From assembly GCA_020725175.1 (NCBI GenBank), contig DYFM01000010.1, forward strand, positions 1-54,832: a stretch of 54,832 nt of DNA, written 5' to 3'. The stretch's first letter is position 1, and each line of letters begins with the position of its first letter. The stretch comes from Candidatus Paceibacter sp. GTDB taxonomy: Bacteria; Patescibacteriota; Patescibacteriia; Magasanikbacterales; UBA922. Below the pieces are notes generated by a model. It saw nothing but the letters and a program-made list of their open reading frames with translations, was not told the DNA's origin and made no database searches. The translations under genes were made by a program, and so were the position numbers. Below are positions 1 through 8,709 of the stretch, piece by piece.

Positions 1-15
1 TAGAAACATACCAGA

Positions 16-550
16 ATCTACAAAAGTAGAAATTGAATATATGTATTAGAGAATGATAGAGTTTGCTCATATCTCTCGTATCTACAAAAGTAGAAATTGA
101 ATATATGTATTAGAGATAAATTTTGTATTTTGCTGATCGAAATCTACAAAAGTAGAAATTGAATATATGTATTAGAGATAATTTCACTAGCACGGTGAGA
201 AGTATCTACAAAAGTAGAAATTGAATATATGTATTAGAGTTGGGTGGCTGATTTCTGCTCCAAAAATCTACAAAAGTAGAAATTGAATATATGTATTAGA
301 GGTGGCAATAATTTTTCCCGTTTTACATCTACAAAAGTAGAAATTGAATATATGTATTAGAGCTAATGCAGTATGCACTGGTATGTCTTATCTACAAAAG
401 TAGAAATTGAATATATGTATTAGAGTAACGTCAGGTAAAAAAACTACTTTCAATCTACAAAAGTAGAAATTGAATATATGTATTAGAGAATATGGGATAC
501 GAATACTTGATCAAATCTACAAAAGTAGAAATTGAATATATGTATTAGAG
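16..550 (-). CRISPR. Type V-A CRISPR array: 9 identical 36-nt repeats (minus strand CTCTAATACATATATTCAATTTCTACTTTTGTAGAT) with 8 complete 25-28 nt spacers; probably continues beyond the window start
   Basis: Repeats start at 16, 80, 142, 204, 266, 327, 390, 453, 515; the 3' end AATTTCTAC-TTTT-GTAGAT is the canonical Cas12a handle; next to cas2. Confidence 0.99.
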
Positions 551-711
551 AGCTGAAATGGCTAAAATAAGCGCAAAAGATGCAAATCTTGCGCAAAAGG
601 CAAAGACGACTTTTTTGCTTATTTTAGCACAATTCATAAAAATTATATAAAGGTTTTTCTCTAATCTATACATAGAAACTTCTACATTTCTATAAATAAA
701 TTGTAAAGATC
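551..711 (-). promoter_or_regulatory. CRISPR leader
   Basis: AT-rich noncoding gap between the cas2 stop and the first repeat; TATAAT on the minus strand at 642-647. Confidence 0.8.
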
Positions 712-993
712 TCATTCAAAAATCACCACTTCCTCTTCCTCGTTGGCAGCATATCCATATCGCTTCACTTTTCCCTTACAACCTTCACATAATTGCATTA
801 TAAGGATACTATCACTGTTTGTAAAGTGGGGTTCATACACCATTTCAACCTCTGTCATGATATTTTTTAATACACGAGAGCTGTTTCTAATTTCAAAAAT
901 CGAGTACTGAATACGTCTACCAAACTTCTTTAAAAATTTAGAAAACTTCGTTCTTCGACGGTTACTCTCAATATCATAAGAAACAATGTACAT
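712..993 (-). CDS. cas2: CRISPR-associated endonuclease Cas2
   Basis: MYIVSYDI...RIQYSIFE Cas2 motifs; position after cas1. Confidence 0.97.
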   Translation of the reverse strand: MYIVSYDIESNRRRTKFSKFLKKFGRRIQYSIFEIRNSSRVLKNIMTEVEMVYEPHFTNSDSILIMQLCEGCKGKVKRYGYAANEEEEVVIFE

Positions 994-1000
994 ATTGAAT

Positions 1001-1951
1001 TTATTTCACATAAAAAAACGGAATCTCGTCAGTGTCATTCATAATGCAGTAGTAATAGTCCCGCACATAAGAAAACAATTCTTCTTTTCTATCCATAATC
1101 GCTTCTGAAAAAATTCGAATATACTTTTTTTGTTTGTCATACGAAAGACTGTACTTTCCCTTCAGACAGAGAAAATCTTTTTTATCTATTTGTTTAAGAT
1201 TGTATGACTTTACAATTTGTTTATCAATAATGCAGCGAAACGGCTCTACAATATCACATACAAGCGACTTTCTCTGGAAAAACAAGGTATGATAGACACC
1301 TTTATACGTATCAAATCCATAAAGGTTCAATAACGCATCGACAAAATTAAACAACATCGTATACCCAATGTCCATCAGAAGATTGTTAACGTCCACTTTT
1401 GCTCGTGGCAATCTCCGATACCAATTCATTTCTTTAAAATATTCTTGAAAGTACAATTTTGTCGCACTACCCTCGATTCCTAACAGTTCTTTTGATGTCA
1501 ATGTATTTTCCATCTTTTTCTCTATCTCTTTTTCAAACACACGTTTTGCCTCAATTGAAGTCGTATTCTTAAGAAGTATTTGTTGATTGACCAACTTATT
1601 TATTACAACTCTTTTAGCAATAGAAAAATCTCTAGAGGAAGCGTACTGTTTTTCTCGAAGTAAATAATTTCCTGATGCTGTAGATATAATTGACGCATAA
1701 GATAAAAAATTATCTTTTAGTAAAAACAGAGAAACCCCATATTGTTGACAATTTCTAATGAGTACGGTTGTGAGAGAAAAATCACCAACGATAAAAACGG
1801 CAAATACTTTATGACATGAGAGCTGATTGACAATATTCCCATCTTGAGTGAAACATATATTCTCATTCTTAAACTGAAGCCTGTTTTCCGCGGCATCTTT
1901 GGCTGCTATCACAAGCAATTGCTTCTCCTTGAAATCTGGTAATGACATCAT
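1001..1951 (-). CDS. cas1: CRISPR-associated integrase Cas1 (type V)
   Basis: LLGIEG, NLLMDIGY, GVYH, SLVCDIVEPFR motifs; start placed at the ATG overlapping the cas4 stop. Confidence 0.96.
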   Translation of the reverse strand: MMSLPDFKEKQLLVIAAKDAAENRLQFKNENICFTQDGNIVNQLSCHKVFAVFIVGDFSLTTVLIRNCQQYGVSLFLLKDNFLSYASIISTASGNYLLREKQYASSRDFSIAKRVVINKLVNQQILLKNTTSIEAKRVFEKEIEKKMENTLTSKELLGIEGSATKLYFQEYFKEMNWYRRLPRAKVDVNNLLMDIGYTMLFNFVDALLNLYGFDTYKGVYHTLFFQRKSLVCDIVEPFRCIIDKQIVKSYNLKQIDKKDFLCLKGKYSLSYDKQKKYIRIFSEAIMDRKEELFSYVRDYYYCIMNDTDEIPFFYVK

Positions 1952-2496
1952 AGAGGGTGACACAGTGGCTGATAAATACATTGTGCGCATTTTTTGCTAT
2001 CCGCCAAAATTTTGGCCTCAGCAACTGAAAAATTATTCACACGCTCTACAATATCAATAAACTTCTGCCATTCTTCTTCATTCGGCATGTCCAAAATGTA
2101 ACTTTTATTATCAGAGAGTGAATGGATTTTAAGCGTTTCTATCTCAAACCCCATTTCTCTCATACACGCCATTTGCGCATATAATTGATACTTATACCCA
2201 TCATAAATTTTAACAACTTTCCTTTTCCGTTCAATAAGTGTTTTAGTTTGAAGATCGTATATATCAATTTTCCCGCACAAACTAAGTTCGTCGGAATACA
2301 CTTCCTTGCCCATCAAATATCGTTTACGAGAAGAATATGCACCAGTATCAATACTTTCGTGTGCTATCGTTCCGGCAATTTGTGGAGTTCTTTGATAACT
2401 CTTTTTGTGAAAATTATCGTAGATAGTATGTAGATACACCGAACGAGGACAAAAAATAAAATCATTTATTTTTGAGATTTGGATGTAGGATTCCAT
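1948..2496 (-). CDS. cas4: CRISPR-associated exonuclease Cas4
   Basis: N-terminal FCPR, GKID...ERK, QLYAQ and C-terminal CxxCxxxxxC Fe-S ligands. Confidence 0.96.
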   Translation of the reverse strand: MESYIQISKINDFIFCPRSVYLHTIYDNFHKKSYQRTPQIAGTIAHESIDTGAYSSRKRYLMGKEVYSDELSLCGKIDIYDLQTKTLIERKRKVVKIYDGYKYQLYAQMACMREMGFEIETLKIHSLSDNKSYILDMPNEEEWQKFIDIVERVNNFSVAEAKILADSKKCAQCIYQPLCHPL

Positions 2497-2497
2497 G

Positions 2498-5400
2498 TTA
2501 TTGTTTTCGTTTTAAATTTTTTTCATTTTTCTTTATCCAATTTTCCCAAATCTCTCTACCCGCCAACCACGCACTCCATTCTTCATCAGATATAAACAAG
2601 CTCAAATCCCTTTTGATATGCTCACACATAATAATTCCTTTTCGTGCGATATTGTATGCACCATTAGCGTCACCAGAGGTTGGAAGATTTAAATTTATCT
2701 TTCTGGAATCAAAATGGTTTCCGTTTTTATCTCGTACGGGGGAAAGAATAAAGTCAGCGTCTTCTTCTGTTTTACCTGAATTTCTGATCTGCTGAATTAA
2801 ATCAATTACAAAACGCAGAGACTCCCATGAGGTGCGATCATTGATTTTATTTGGATTTTTTCCTTGTCTCAGTTGTTCAAGTAGTGATTTCTCTTTGTCA
2901 AAACCTTCAAATAAGCCATCAAGGATTTTCTTTAAATTTTGTTCTTTTGGAACCCATTTTTTATCACTGTTCTCATGCACCAATTCTCTGTAATATCTAT
3001 CTAAACTTTCTCCGTCTTTACCAGAATATAGTTCCCATGGTTTATTGGTATTTCTATCAGTATATTTAAAGTAGTAGTCTTTACCATCAAATTTAATATC
3101 GTCGAAGTTATCCAATATCTGTTTTTTAATACTTTCTTCAGAACCTTTTTTCAGATAGATAGTTTTTCTCCAGCCGGTAACAGGGTCTGTCTGTGACGTA
3201 TAATCAGCTTTAGTGTAAAACATAATCCCAAACTGCTTTTTACCCTCAATATCACCAAAATTATTTACGAGCGGAGTTAACTGCAAGGCAGAAGTTACCG
3301 AGCCAATTTCTCCTTCTTTAGCATGTTTATCAACAAGAAAATTTAACTTCTTTGCGAGAGCTAATTCAAGTTTTTGATATACTTGTTTTTCAATCTTTTG
3401 TCTACCACGCTTGAATCCGATATTCAAATCTTCCAAAACTATAAAGGCAGGAGTTTCTCTGAATACTTTCTTTTCAACATCCTCGTAAATAGCAAGATCA
3501 ACAATTTTTCGCACAACTTGAGAGATGTAGCCATCTTTCAATTCCTTTATGGTACCAATGGTTTTCCAGTTCTTTCGCGCCTCGTCACGATTTCCTGCCA
3601 TTTTCTCAAGTTTTTCAGCATAATTTTGTCCATTGATTTCATTGAAGCTGCCTTGATCTAAAGTTTCAATTTTTCCGTCTTTTGTTTGTTTGACAACAAA
3701 GTAGTACGCAAGATGTTTTTCACCGCGATCAATACCGATGGTAGTAATATCATCATTTAATTTAACCATGCTTTCATTGATTTCATCATTAAACTTTAAA
3801 GATCTCAAACAGAAATTTAAAGTTATAGGGCAATGAAAAACAAATTTTTCATTTGCGAAACGTTTATGCTCTAAAACTTCTTTGCCACTTTTGTCTTTTT
3901 TCTTCCCCAATTTTTCTTTCAATCTTATTTCGAACTCCTTATCTGTCTCATTTTCTTTTTTCTTTAAGATAGTTTTTCGATAAAAAATTTCAGCTTCACC
4001 ATTTAATTTCGGCTTATTAGCAACATCACCAAAAATTTCATTCCAATAAATAGTGTGTAAATTTTTTTCACTTGTTTTTTCTTTCCCTTCTTTTAAATTA
4101 TTATCTTTATTACGAATCTCAAAAAAGTATATTTCACCGTTTTCAACTGCCTCGTTAATTAATTTTTTACTAATAATATTCCATGAAAGTTTATACCCCT
4201 GTTTCTCAACTTCATTATAAAATTGATCAATACTCTCAAATTTTTCAGTTGGTGAAAAATTAAAGCCAAACAAATCCTGCCACGATTTTTCTGCTGATGG
4301 GTATACTTTTAGACCTTCTTTGTAGAAATCGATGATCTTCCACAGTTTTTCTTTTGTGAATGACGGTTGATTTTTCTTAAACCCACCTTCATCATAAATT
4401 GATAAGATATCGTCAGTCGCTCCAAATTCTTTGCGGTTACGCTTTGGTAACAAAACTTTTGGTAACATCTTATTCGGACCTGGTAAAAGTTTATAGTCCA
4501 TCTTTAAATAATTTTCATCTGTTACAACTTCTTTATATTTTGCCTTTTCGCCAAAAAGTTTTTGTGATGCTTTGGTTAAAATTGCTAAATACTTTTTCTC
4601 ACCATCTTTTAAAATTAAGCACCACCGTTCAGGCTCTTTATTTACATCCCAACCACCACCTAAGACAGAATTATCAAAATTCAACTTTAACTTATTTAGC
4701 CCTTCCTGAGGTCTTTTAGTTAAATAATTTCGAATAATGTCGTAAAACTTTGTTGGATTATTATCGCCAAACAAAATCGCTTTCAAACTTTCCGCCAATA
4801 TTGGATCAACCGCAAATTTGTCTTTTACTTTCCAGTACTTCACAATTTGATTTACATATAAAGCACTATCCAAAAGCATCTTAATATTTTCTATATGTTC
4901 AGGTTTTTTAAAATCTGTCGTTATGGATAAAACCTTTGGTGACAGCTCACTAAAATCTTTTGCCATTTTCTCCACATCAGCAAAAATCATCCCAAGCAAT
5001 GCCTTGCTAGGTTTTTCAGCTCGTTCAATTATTCCTTTCTTGTTACCCTCACCATCAAAAAGCGATGTCTTAAAAAGTCCATCTTCCTTATTTTTCCATT
5101 TTTCTGTTTTATCTAAAATTTCAAACAAATTTTTCAGCTCTACGGCTTGAGGAATTTTAATATCCTCATCGTCTTTTTTCTTCCCGCCAAACACACCACC
5201 TTCTTTAAGGGCTTTTTTCAAGATAAACCAATTTGCAAAATACTTTCCTGAAATTGTATTCAATGCTTTGTCACTCCAAAAAATGCCCTCAAAACTTTCG
5301 TGGTTTATAATATAGTGGACAAACTCACCTACTGTATCAACTTTGTCTTCAATCTTTCCATCAAATTGTCCAAAATATTTTTCACCATTTTCTACAACAT

Positions 5401-6541
5401 TTTTCAAAACAGCTCTCAACCCATCATCATTTTTAATTGCTGGGATAAAATCACCCTTTTCACCACATCCAATTTGCTTGTAGAGAGTTTTAAAAATTCT
5501 CAACTTTTTGTTTTTTTCACTTTGCTGTTGATTGTACCTATTAATTAAATTATTCGCATTACCAATATTTAAATTGTACTTTTCAATTTCTCTTTGTGAT
5601 AAACAATTTGTAAAATAACCAATTTCAAAAATATCTGCAATAATTTTTTCCAATTCAACTTTCTCACCTTTTTGATTTTTTCCAATTGTTTCAATTCCGT
5701 TTTCTTTTAAAAAATCATATACTTTTAAATATTCATCTTTTCTTTTCTGAAATTCCAAAACATTGTCCGCAAATTTTGGCAAATTTTCATCGATAATTCG
5801 TGAAGCAACCGCTGTGGCTTTCTCTTCCGTTGAATAGTAATTTTCCCGATTTTGATTAAAACCGGTTAGATACGTAAAAAAGCCCTCAAACACCCCCTTT
5901 GAATCAGCGGTTCCTAAAGCTTTCTCTAAGTCTTCTTTTTTTACTTCTTTGCCTTCGTGGGTTTTTAAATTCATCACCACAAACTCCTCAATTTTTGCTT
6001 TAACGTATTTCAAAATTCCAACTTCCGTAAGAATCTTAAAACTGTCTTCTTTTAAAATAGGTTTGCCTTTTTTGTCGCTCCCGACTTTGCTCTTAAACTT
6101 TTCTCCTTCTGCCTTATAAATATCAGAAAACGCAGCCCGCAAATTTTTTTCTTTCGTTTCTAATGATTTTTCTATCTTTTTCTTCTCTTCCCTATCTTGC
6201 TCATTTCTTAAGTTTTTATAAACAGAAAAGTAATCCTCAAAAGAGAGGTGTTTTGCTTCATCACTCTCCAAACTTTCAGTAATAAACTCCTCATGTAATT
6301 TATCAAATACCGGCTTTAATATTTGATAGGCGTCTTCAATTTCTTTATCACGAATAAAGTTAGGATTTGCTTTTTCGATATTCTCGCGAGTCTTCCCAAC
6401 CGGTCTCAACTCAAACCGCAAGGTCTTCGATAATGCATACTTCCTCGTAAACTGATCAAAAACTGATTTGTTACTAAGCACCTCGGCTTGTTTTTTTTCA
6501 GTAGACACAGAAACAATAGATGATGACATATCGATATGCAT
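2498..6541 (-). CDS. cas12a: Type V-A effector Cas12a (Cpf1)
   Basis: LSKTLRFELRP N-terminus, GWDVNKE, PGPNKMLPKV, intact RuvC motifs IGIDRGE / VLEDLN / DANGAYNIARKG; 1347 aa; exact start uncertain. Confidence 0.98.
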   Translation of the reverse strand: MHIDMSSSIVSVSTEKKQAEVLSNKSVFDQFTRKYALSKTLRFELRPVGKTRENIEKANPNFIRDKEIEDAYQILKPVFDKLHEEFITESLESDEAKHLSFEDYFSVYKNLRNEQDREEKKKIEKSLETKEKNLRAAFSDIYKAEGEKFKSKVGSDKKGKPILKEDSFKILTEVGILKYVKAKIEEFVVMNLKTHEGKEVKKEDLEKALGTADSKGVFEGFFTYLTGFNQNRENYYSTEEKATAVASRIIDENLPKFADNVLEFQKRKDEYLKVYDFLKENGIETIGKNQKGEKVELEKIIADIFEIGYFTNCLSQREIEKYNLNIGNANNLINRYNQQQSEKNKKLRIFKTLYKQIGCGEKGDFIPAIKNDDGLRAVLKNVVENGEKYFGQFDGKIEDKVDTVGEFVHYIINHESFEGIFWSDKALNTISGKYFANWFILKKALKEGGVFGGKKKDDEDIKIPQAVELKNLFEILDKTEKWKNKEDGLFKTSLFDGEGNKKGIIERAEKPSKALLGMIFADVEKMAKDFSELSPKVLSITTDFKKPEHIENIKMLLDSALYVNQIVKYWKVKDKFAVDPILAESLKAILFGDNNPTKFYDIIRNYLTKRPQEGLNKLKLNFDNSVLGGGWDVNKEPERWCLILKDGEKKYLAILTKASQKLFGEKAKYKEVVTDENYLKMDYKLLPGPNKMLPKVLLPKRNRKEFGATDDILSIYDEGGFKKNQPSFTKEKLWKIIDFYKEGLKVYPSAEKSWQDLFGFNFSPTEKFESIDQFYNEVEKQGYKLSWNIISKKLINEAVENGEIYFFEIRNKDNNLKEGKEKTSEKNLHTIYWNEIFGDVANKPKLNGEAEIFYRKTILKKKENETDKEFEIRLKEKLGKKKDKSGKEVLEHKRFANEKFVFHCPITLNFCLRSLKFNDEINESMVKLNDDITTIGIDRGEKHLAYYFVVKQTKDGKIETLDQGSFNEINGQNYAEKLEKMAGNRDEARKNWKTIGTIKELKDGYISQVVRKIVDLAIYEDVEKKVFRETPAFIVLEDLNIGFKRGRQKIEKQVYQKLELALAKKLNFLVDKHAKEGEIGSVTSALQLTPLVNNFGDIEGKKQFGIMFYTKADYTSQTDPVTGWRKTIYLKKGSEESIKKQILDNFDDIKFDGKDYYFKYTDRNTNKPWELYSGKDGESLDRYYRELVHENSDKKWVPKEQNLKKILDGLFEGFDKEKSLLEQLRQGKNPNKINDRTSWESLRFVIDLIQQIRNSGKTEEDADFILSPVRDKNGNHFDSRKINLNLPTSGDANGAYNIARKGIIMCEHIKRDLSLFISDEEWSAWLAGREIWENWIKKNEKNLKRKQ

Positions 6542-6692
6542 TAATAATAAAAAAGATAATAAAATACAAAAAAGGACGACGGTGGTCGCCCAATAGATAT
6601 GCTTACCAAACGGTTAAGCTGTATTGGAACCGTCGCCCGTCTTTATAGCTTAAAGGGGCGATAGCATATCTTATATTTTGGGCGACAAAATA

Positions 6693-6720
6693 AGTATACA
6701 CCCTACAAAAATAAAATCAA
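6693..6720 (-). promoter_or_regulatory. Putative sigma70 promoter of the cas operon
   Basis: TTGATT-N16-TATACT on the minus strand; predicted +1 near 6686. Confidence 0.55.
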
Positions 6721-6738
6721 GACCAAAAACATCCTTAT

Positions 6739-6778
6739 CAAAAAAAAAACAAAAAAGCACCCGACGTCTCGAGGCTTG
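6739..6778 (-). terminator. Putative intrinsic terminator upstream of the cas promoter
   Basis: Imperfect AAGCCTCGA/TCGGGTGCTT stem followed by a long T tract on the minus strand. Confidence 0.55.
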
Positions 6779-6861
6779 TTTGTCCGTATTGGTTGGCCAA
6801 CGGATGAGTGTGGTCCATGTGCTTGCGCCCGCGGACCGCCCTCCTTTTTGTATGTTTCCTC

Positions 6862-7068
6862 CTATCTCTTCTCGTAGAGAATCGTGACGATGCACGTCTC
6901 TACGCCCTGCGAACGAGCAAGAGACTGCTGCATGCTGTGGATCTTGACCCCTCTATTCAAGAAGGTCTCCAGCTTCTTGCTGAGTTGTTCATCCAGCGGT
7001 GCAGGCTGATGCCCCATGTACCTCTTGTCCTGATACCAGTAACGCACCACGATAACTTCAACTCGCAT
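6862..7068 (-). CDS. Small hypothetical protein (Cse60/DUF2758-like pattern)
   Basis: ORF with G-rich RBS; beta-helix-beta-beta pattern MRVEVI...LETFL...IHSMQQS...TILYE. Confidence 0.45.
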   Translation of the reverse strand: MRVEVIVVRYWYQDKRYMGHQPAPLDEQLSKKLETFLNRGVKIHSMQQSLARSQGVETCIVTILYEKR

Positions 7069-7235
7069 GTCATCCCCCATCCCCACTAGCCAAACCCAAT
7101 GTCTGGCTTTCTCTGTGGGAATAGCCAACTCTATCGCAATAACTACATTCTGTCAATACACTTCGTCAATCTATATAGCAAATTATATTATATATTAGCC
7201 AAATTATCTGTATATAATTAAATTGTGGAAACATA

Positions 7236-7264
7236 TTGACACAAAAGAATGATTGTGCTATAGT
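7236..7264 (+). promoter_or_regulatory. Sigma70 promoter with extended -10
   Basis: TTGACA-N17-TATAGT with TG upstream of the -10. Confidence 0.75.
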
Positions 7265-7280
7265 ACCTTTGCCTCTATTA

Positions 7281-7310
7281 TCCGCCGAAGCTCCAAAGAG
7301 TGAAGGTGGA
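7281..7310. repeat. REP-like short palindrome
   Basis: TCCGCCGAAGCTC...GAGTGAAGGTGGA imperfect hairpin. Confidence 0.5.
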
Positions 7311-7389
7311 AAAACCATCCTCAAAAAATTCATACCCGTCCGAGCAGCGGTGCAGCTGTTTGGTGATTGTTCATATCCTTCGTAAAAGG

Positions 7390-7466
7390 TAGTGGAATGA
7401 CGAACGCCAGTTCGTCAAAGAATAGAACACCTACCTTGTGGCGAACTGACGTTCGTCACTCCACTA
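7390..7466. repeat. REPIN-like inverted doublet
   Basis: About 28-nt arms (TAGTGGAATGACGAACGCCAGTTCGTCA and its near reverse complement, 3 differences), each with an internal palindrome. Confidence 0.8.
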
Positions 7467-7475
7467 ACACAAAAA

Positions 7476-7575
7476 CATTCGCATAATTCGCATCATTCCC
7501 CGCCCAAGGCGGGTCCGCCTTGGGCGGAGCATGTTCGTAGTTCGTATGTTCGTACTTACTGTTCGTACGTTCGAA
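7476..7575. repeat. Degenerate (A/G)TTCGYA short tandem run with a nested 30-nt double hairpin (7499-7528)
   Basis: ATTCGCAT/GTTCGTA units interrupted by CCCGCCCAAGGCGGG-TCCGCCTTGGGCGGA. Confidence 0.75.
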
Positions 7576-7595
7576 CATAATTTGCCTTCTAACCC

Positions 7596-8393
7596 ATGAA
7601 CAACTCTCTCCTCCCCCTGAAGGAATTTCTGTTATCTCTCGATCTGCCGGAAAAAGAAGTCAATGTCTATCTGGTACTCTTGACTATGGGAAAGGGAACC
7701 GTATCAGAAATCACTCGCCAAGCCGGACTCAATCGTACTACGGGCTATGATATCTTGAACAAACTGATCGACTACGGCCTGGTGAGTATTTCCGGCAAAG
7801 AACCAAAGCAGGAATATGTCGCCGAATCACCCGACAACATTATCAAACTACTTGAGGAACGAAAAAAACGCACACAAGTACTTCTCAAACAAGCCAAACA
7901 AAAACTTCCGGAATTGAAATCAATTCACAATGTGAGTGATCGCCCAAGAGTTCGATTTTATGAAGGAAAACAAGGACTAGAAGATGTATATGAAGACACG
8001 CTGACTGCCAAAGAAACCATTCGCGCCTACGCCACGGTAGACGACATGCACGCCGCGCTCCCGGATTATTTTCCAAAATACTATCAACGCCGCGCCAAAA
8101 AACACATCAACATTCGAGCTATTATTCCTAGCACCGACATTGGTCAAGAGCGAGCCAGCAAAGACAAAGAAGAAGCCCGAGAGACAGCCCTCATACCACC
8201 AGACAAATATTATTTCTCCCCCGAAATAAACATCTATGACAACAAAGTCATGATTGCCTCCTGGCGAGAAAAACTCGGGATCATTATTGAAAGCGCCGAA
8301 ATTGCTGATGCCATGAAGAAGATTTACGAGCTGGCCTGGGCGGAGGCGAAACGACTTGACGAAATACAACGAAATGACGAAACGTCGAAATAG
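7596..8393 (+). CDS. TrmB-family transcriptional regulator
   Basis: N-terminal wHTH (EVNVYL...RTTGYDILNKLIDYGLV), VRFYEGKQGL, C-terminal EINIYDNKV...IIIES. Confidence 0.88.
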   Translation: MNNSLLPLKEFLLSLDLPEKEVNVYLVLLTMGKGTVSEITRQAGLNRTTGYDILNKLIDYGLVSISGKEPKQEYVAESPDNIIKLLEERKKRTQVLLKQAKQKLPELKSIHNVSDRPRVRFYEGKQGLEDVYEDTLTAKETIRAYATVDDMHAALPDYFPKYYQRRAKKHINIRAIIPSTDIGQERASKDKEEARETALIPPDKYYFSPEINIYDNKVMIASWREKLGIIIESAEIADAMKKIYELAWAEAKRLDEIQRNDETSK

Positions 8394-8477
8394 AGAAATA
8401 ACGAAATAGGGAAATAGCTCCGCCCCCACTCTAGGTGGGCAGGCAAGGCGGACTCGTCTGGGTCGATGAAATAATGA
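8387..8477 (+). repeat. Dispersed ~90-nt composite element, copy 1
   Basis: GAAATA octamer run enclosing a GC-rich palindrome; near-identical reverse-complement copy at 34040-34125. Confidence 0.85.
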
Positions 8478-8488
8478 AGTACGTGTGT

Positions 8489-8591
8489 CAGATAACAGAT
8501 AGCAAATAGCAGATATCAGTATTGATTGTAGTTTGACCAAGAAGAGTATATATCTGTTATCTGTTATCTGTTATCTGTTATCTGTTATCTG
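8489..8591. repeat. Mirror heptamer array
   Basis: (CAGATAA)-like x4 at 8489-8515 facing (TATCTGT)x5 plus a partial unit at 8551-8591. Confidence 0.9.
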
Positions 8592-8709
8592 AAATTGGTT
8601 AGATATTAGAAATTAGATGAATTAGAAATTACCCCGCCTCCATCTTTTCTCCCCAGAGAAACTGTGGTACAATACCCCCATTCTTACGCTTAATGAACGA
8701 CCACTTGTT

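Noticed and set aside
52-514. Self-targeting spacers
   Set aside because: No convincing match found by eye in this window; a real search was not possible
6671-6895. Short ORFs upstream of cas12a as accessory cas genes
   Set aside because: They run across the terminator and promoter, are low complexity and show no motif
7977-8540. ORFs sharing the peptide GAELFPY with 33997-34248
   Set aside because: The shared peptide is just the translated dispersed repeat; this ORF is antisense to the TrmB-like gene
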